Source: Thermoplasmata archaeon (GTDB lineage: Archaea > Thermoplasmatota > Thermoplasmata > Lutacidiplasmatales > UBA184). Taken from it: a stretch of 64,000 nucleotides of DNA. Below, one piece after another: positions 60,448 through 64,000 of this stretch. The stretch is taken from NCBI GenBank assembly GCA_035504395.1, contig DATJRX010000028.1:20717-84716 (forward strand), written 5' to 3'. The notes beneath the pieces were generated by a model. The model saw only the letters and a list, made by a program, of their open reading frames with translations, had not been told where the DNA came from and did not search any database. Within the stretch, counting starts at the first letter, position 1, and each line of letters starts with the position of its first letter. Made by a program: the position numbers and the translations under genes.

Positions 60448-61017
60448 ATGCCGTTCGAACTTTCGTTGCGTTACAGCACGCCGCTCACGCCGATCTCGGA
60501 CGTCGACGAAGTGCTTCGGGAGTTCCTCCGCCTGGTCGGGTACCTGCCCGAAGGCGAGGACGGCCGCGGGGCGGAAGGGCCGATCGCGTCGAGCCTCGCC
60601 TACCGCCTGGTCCGCGACTGCCTGCTGAAGGACCCCGCTCGGGCGTGGTACGTCGACGAGCTCACCGCGCTCCTTCGGACGTCGAAGCCGACGGTGTATC
60701 GCCACATCAACAAACTCAAGTCCCTCGATCTGCTCGAGGAGGTCGGAGGGGTCGCCGACGGCAAGGGCCGCAAGGGCTACCGGCTGCGCTACGGGAACCT
60801 CGCGCGCGCCTGGGACTTCACCGAGGCGAACGCCCAGAACGCCCTGCGCCGGTACCGCGAGACCGTGAACCACCTGCAGGAGCTGGTCGACAAGATGGCA
60901 CGTGAACCCATCCCGGCGCCCGCCGCTCCCGCGCCGCCCTCGTCGGTGCACGCGCACCCGTCCCGCTCCCTGACGCCCGTACGGGCCGCCGCCCGCGAGC
61001 GAGCGGGGGCTCGATGA
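60448..61017 (+). CDS. Winged-helix transcriptional regulator (ArsR/TrmB-like HTH)
   Basis: Internal ATG 60448 with a TATA-like gtttatctc about 30-38 nt upstream. The HTH is VDELTALLRTSKPTVYRHINKLKSLDLLEEV...GRKGYRLRY. It is divergent from the Mo-hydroxylase operon. Confidence 0.6.
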   Translation: MPFELSLRYSTPLTPISDVDEVLREFLRLVGYLPEGEDGRGAEGPIASSLAYRLVRDCLLKDPARAWYVDELTALLRTSKPTVYRHINKLKSLDLLEEVGGVADGKGRKGYRLRYGNLARAWDFTEANAQNALRRYRETVNHLQELVDKMAREPIPAPAAPAPPSSVHAHPSRSLTPVRAAARERAGAR

Positions 61018-61319
61018 GCGACAGCGGCGCGGCGGCGAAGCGCCCGCCGATCACGCTCACCCCCGGCTCGCGCGTACGGGTCCGCTCGGCGGGCGCCGAC
61101 GACACCGCGATCGTCTCGACCGGCCTGTTCCGCGGCCTTGTCTCGATCGGCGGCGACAACATCATGGCCCTCGAGCTCGACGGGTCGGACGGGGACGAGA
61201 AGGGACGCATCCGCCTGGTCCCGATCCCGGCGCTCCTCGCGATCGACATCCTCGAGATCGCCCGCGCGGAAGAGGAGAAGCGCTCCGAGCCGGCGCAGTC
61301 GCCGGGCTACTTCCGCTGA
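61014..61319 (+). CDS. Hypothetical 101-aa protein coupled to the wHTH gene
   Basis: ATGA overlap at 61014-61017. It looks beta-rich (RVRVRSAGADDTAIVSTGLFRGLVSIGGDNIMALEL). No family recognised. Confidence 0.4.
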   Translation: MSDSGAAAKRPPITLTPGSRVRVRSAGADDTAIVSTGLFRGLVSIGGDNIMALELDGSDGDEKGRIRLVPIPALLAIDILEIARAEEEKRSEPAQSPGYFR

Positions 61320-61333
61320 GCCGCGCGCGCGGG

Positions 61334-61431
61334 CGGGCTTGCTGGGAGTTTCGTCGCGATCGCGCGCGAATTCGAACCCAGGTCGTCGGCTTCGAAGGCC
61401 GACAGGATAGTCCAGACTACCCCACAAGCCC
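61334..61431 (-). tRNA. tRNA-Arg (anticodon UCG) with a 23-nt insertion in the T-arm
   Basis: Hand-folded on the minus strand. The acceptor is GGGCTTG/CAAGCCC (7 bp). U8, A14, G18G19, A21 and G26 are present. The anticodon stem is TCGGC/GCCGA with loop CT-TCG-AA. The T-stem CTGGG/CCCAG has loop TTCGAAT, but 23 nt (TCGCGCGCGATCGCGACGAAACT, 61347-61369) separate the loop from the 3' T-stem strand. The discriminator is G and CCA is not encoded. Without the insert it is 75 nt. Confidence 0.7.
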
Positions 61432-61454
61432 GCGGAGGATGGACGCGGTCGCCG

Positions 61455-61462
61455 GTATTTGG
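61455..61462 (-). promoter_or_regulatory. TATA-like box upstream of tRNA-Arg
   Basis: The minus strand reads ccaaatac, 24-31 nt upstream of tRNA position 1 (61431). It is the only AT-rich patch nearby. Confidence 0.4.
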
Positions 61463-61634
61463 ACGTTCCCCAGTCGGGGCGCGGGCGACGGGCGGGTGCA
61501 TCGTGCCGAACCGGCGCGCGCCTCGGTCCGCACCGGGCTTCGGGGATGGCGGGCTCGACCCCACCTTCGCTCCCGGTGGCCGAACTCCCCGGGCCCGGCG
61601 GCCCGATCCCGGACCTCCGGAACGCGGATCCCGC

Positions 61635-64000
61635 CTAGATGGAGCCCGCAGGGGGGGACCGGTCGGCTCCGCCGAACCGATCGAGCGTTGTCTGCTCCGT
61701 CGCGTTCGGGAACAGGGTCGCGATCGACGCGCCGAGGAGCTGGATGCGCTGCCGGACGTACGGCGTGATCCCCTCGATCTCGCTGAGCCGCTGGGAGAGG
61801 GGGAGGTACTTGCGGACCGACGCCTCGAAGACGGTGGAGCCGAGCGCTCCGTCGCACCGGCCGCCGCCCGGCCGCTCGGCGGCGCATCGGCCGTCGAGCG
61901 GCGGGCGCCGGTACGACGTGCCGCAGCTCTTGCAGCGGAACCGCTGCGTCGCGTAGCTCTTCAGGTTCCCCATCACGTCGCGCAGGAAGTGGCCGTTGAG
62001 GACGAGCGTGACGGCTTCGGCGACGTCGACCGCGCGGATCTGGCTCGTGAGCACGACCGACCGCTCGACCATGTCCTGCATCCCGCGCTGTCCGCGGTAG
62101 GCGGAGCGGACCGGCCCGGCCGCGATGTCGCGCGTGTCGTGCGAGAAGCCGTACCCCGAGAGCGCGCCGTCCGTCCCGAGGCGGCGGCCGACCGTGTCGA
62201 CGAGCGCGGCGACCTCCTTCGGCGACCGGCGGTCGGCCGCCGCCCGGTAGACCGCGAGCGGGTAGCCGCTCCCGACGTCGACGTTGAGCGCCTCCTTGTC
62301 GACCTCGACCGGGTCGAGGCGCGTCGTCAGCACGAGCGGCTTGTCCATCAGCGCGCCGCGGCTGTCGGGCAGATAGGCGCGCGAGAAGTTCACGAGGGCG
62401 TCGAGGAGCAGCGTCACGGAGTCCTCGTCGCCGTCGCAGTTCCGCCGCTTCGCCGCGTGCAGGAGCGGGTGGGCGAAGCAGGCCTCGGCCTCGGTGAAGC
62501 CGACGAGGCGGGCCGCGACCCCGCCCGACGTATGCGGCGCGAGCGCGACCACGATCTGGCCGACCAGGTCCGCCGGGCGATCGGCCCGGTAGAACGGAGG
62601 GAGGCCGTAGAGCCGGACGAGCTCGTCGTCGACGAACTGCGCGAGCCGGACCAGGTACTCGCCGCAGCTCCTCGACACGACGATGTCCTGGGGCTTGAGC
62701 TCCAGGAGCTGCTCCGCGTCGGCGAGAGGTGCCCCGCTCCAGTCGAGCGCGTAGCCGAGCGTGCGCAACCGCGCGAGGTCGGTCCCGATCTCGCGCGGCC
62801 GAACGTGCGTGAGCGGGAGGTCCGTGAGGTCGAATCGGGCCGTGCCGTCCTGGTACACGGAGATCGCGTGCGACGCACGCAGGATCCCCTTCTCGAGCGG
62901 CTCGGGGCACTTGCCGGGCGACGCGAGCCCCTTCACGCCCTTGACCGGCGGGACCTTCGCGAGCCCGAGGCGCCCGATTGCCTCGGTCCAGATGCGGGCG
63001 ACGGGGAGGTCCTGCGGGGCGACGCGGCCGGTCGGGTCCGTGTGCCGGCCGCACGCGCACCGCGCCCACACCGTGGTGCGGCCACAGCCGGGGCACGATC
63101 GGAGGCCGAGCTCGACCGAGGTCCCCTGGGCGATCGTCCGCCGCGCGGCCTCGGGGACCGAGCGGGCCGTGCCGCCGGCCGCGCCGACCGGGAACAGCGC
63201 GTGGACGTTCGGTTCCATCACCCGCTGGTAGGCCTTCTCCGGCCGACCGACGCGCGCGCCGATCCGGGACGGGGCGCGTGCCCGCAGCGGGACGCCGGCG
63301 AGCCGGCTCGCGTACGCGAGCGGGTCGAGGTCGATCGGCTCGAGCGGCGTGCGTCGCACCAGCGCGTTCCCGTCGGGCTCGAGCCCGAGCCCGCCGACCA
63401 GGGCCGCGCTCGGCTCGGGCTCGCCCCGCCGGCGATCGTCGTCCCGGCCGGAGAGGAACCCGACCCGCAGCAGGACCTCGCGCCAGGCGGGATCGTCGGG
63501 GAGCTCGAGGCCCACTTCGACCCAGCGCCCCTGCTGCTCGACGAACTCCGAGAGGGCGCGGATCTCGGCCGGGGTGAGATCGTGCCAGAACAGGCCGAAC
63601 CGCGGGTGGAGGGGCACGCCGTGGATGCGGGCGACCGCGACCGCCGCCGCGTAGTCGGGCGGATCGATCGCCTCGGGAGCGGCGACCCCCGCAGCCGCCA
63701 GCTCGCCCGCGTGCCAGTCGAGGCAGTAGGCGCCCGGCGCGAGCGGACGGTTGTTCTCGGCGAACTCGCCGAACGATACGAGGAGCTCGCCGAGGTCGAC
63801 GATCCGGCGGATGTACGGCCGCACGGCCCGGGCCCGCTCGACATCGTGGACCGCGGTCACGGTCCCGTCGACCAGCTCGACGATCGGTCCGTCGATCGTG
63901 TCGCAGATCCCGATCGCCGCGGCCTTGCCGGGGTACTCGAGCTTGACCTGGGTGCCGATCGCGACGAACTCCTGCAATACGACCATCGTCGCCGGGTTGA
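61635..64000 (-). CDS. DNA polymerase D large subunit (DP2), 5' end outside the window
   Basis: The frame stays open upstream of the track's ATG 63986 (...NPAT-MVVLQEFVAIGTQVKLEYPGKAA...). DP2 signatures are HPLLHAAKRRNCDGDEDSV and the zinc modules CPGCG...CACG and CKSCG...C...C. Confidence 0.9.
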   Translation of the reverse strand, partial: NPATMVVLQEFVAIGTQVKLEYPGKAAAIGICDTIDGPIVELVDGTVTAVHDVERARAVRPYIRRIVDLGELLVSFGEFAENNRPLAPGAYCLDWHAGELAAAGVAAPEAIDPPDYAAAVAVARIHGVPLHPRFGLFWHDLTPAEIRALSEFVEQQGRWVEVGLELPDDPAWREVLLRVGFLSGRDDDRRRGEPEPSAALVGGLGLEPDGNALVRRTPLEPIDLDPLAYASRLAGVPLRARAPSRIGARVGRPEKAYQRVMEPNVHALFPVGAAGGTARSVPEAARRTIAQGTSVELGLRSCPGCGRTTVWARCACGRHTDPTGRVAPQDLPVARIWTEAIGRLGLAKVPPVKGVKGLASPGKCPEPLEKGILRASHAISVYQDGTARFDLTDLPLTHVRPREIGTDLARLRTLGYALDWSGAPLADAEQLLELKPQDIVVSRSCGEYLVRLAQFVDDELVRLYGLPPFYRADRPADLVGQIVVALAPHTSGGVAARLVGFTEAEACFAHPLLHAAKRRNCDGDEDSVTLLLDALVNFSRAYLPDSRGALMDKPLVLTTRLDPVEVDKEALNVDVGSGYPLAVYRAAADRRSPKEVAALVDTVGRRLGTDGALSGYGFSHDTRDIAAGPVRSAYRGQRGMQDMVERSVVLTSQIRAVDVAEAVTLVLNGHFLRDVMGNLKSYATQRFRCKSCGTSYRRPPLDGRCAAERPGGGRCDGALGSTVFEASVRKYLPLSQRLSEIEGITPYVRQRIQLLGASIATLFPNATEQTTLDRFGGADRSPPAGSI

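Noticed and set aside
61463-61634. A second RNA gene between tRNA-Arg and the PolD gene
   Set aside because: I found no T-loop or anticodon-arm pattern and no C/D or H/ACA box pattern. The 85-aa ORF at 61307-61564 is shadow-like and would overlap the tRNA.

Overview
This is a very GC-rich (about 70% G+C by eye, not computed), densely packed chromosomal segment of a euryarchaeon. Lineage markers are the PolD large subunit, DNA gyrase A, a complete A1Ao-ATPase gene set with an intein in atpA, archaeal-type PurP, the LSm-L37e pair, RNase Z, a class II B12-dependent ribonucleotide reductase, an archaeal/eukaryal-type TrpRS and ribosomal protein S15. I support about 60 protein genes, one tRNA and one intein, plus several TATA-like promoter boxes and one clean hairpin with an oligo-T terminator.

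I saw no rRNA, CRISPR array, transposase, integrase or obvious provirus, so this reads as core genome rather than an accessory island. Because of the GC content, the six-frame track is full of long Arg/Pro/Gly-rich shadow ORFs, which I rejected. The first M in a track entry can be GTG or TTG; I verified this on the DNA at 18424 (GTG) and 56831 (TTG). Many gene junctions are 4-nt ATGA/GTGA overlaps.

Most interesting candidates, all inferential:
- A three-gene cassette at 16124-19520: a RecA-fold protein without a P-loop, a small protein, and a family-B polymerase with non-canonical exonuclease, motif B and motif C signatures.
- A HEAT / double-GNAT / EarP-like GT-B operon at 12205-15900.
- tRNA-Arg(UCG) with a 23-nt insertion in the T-arm.
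- A VKOR gene next to a WCPYC thioredoxin-like membrane protein.
- An endonuclease III-like DUF2400 gene beside a PolX whose PHP domain looks degenerate.
- An ATPase locus split into two convergent operons.
- A P-loop intein whose LAGLIDADG motifs have lost their acidic residues.

No database search or computation was possible. All family calls come from motif reading and memory.
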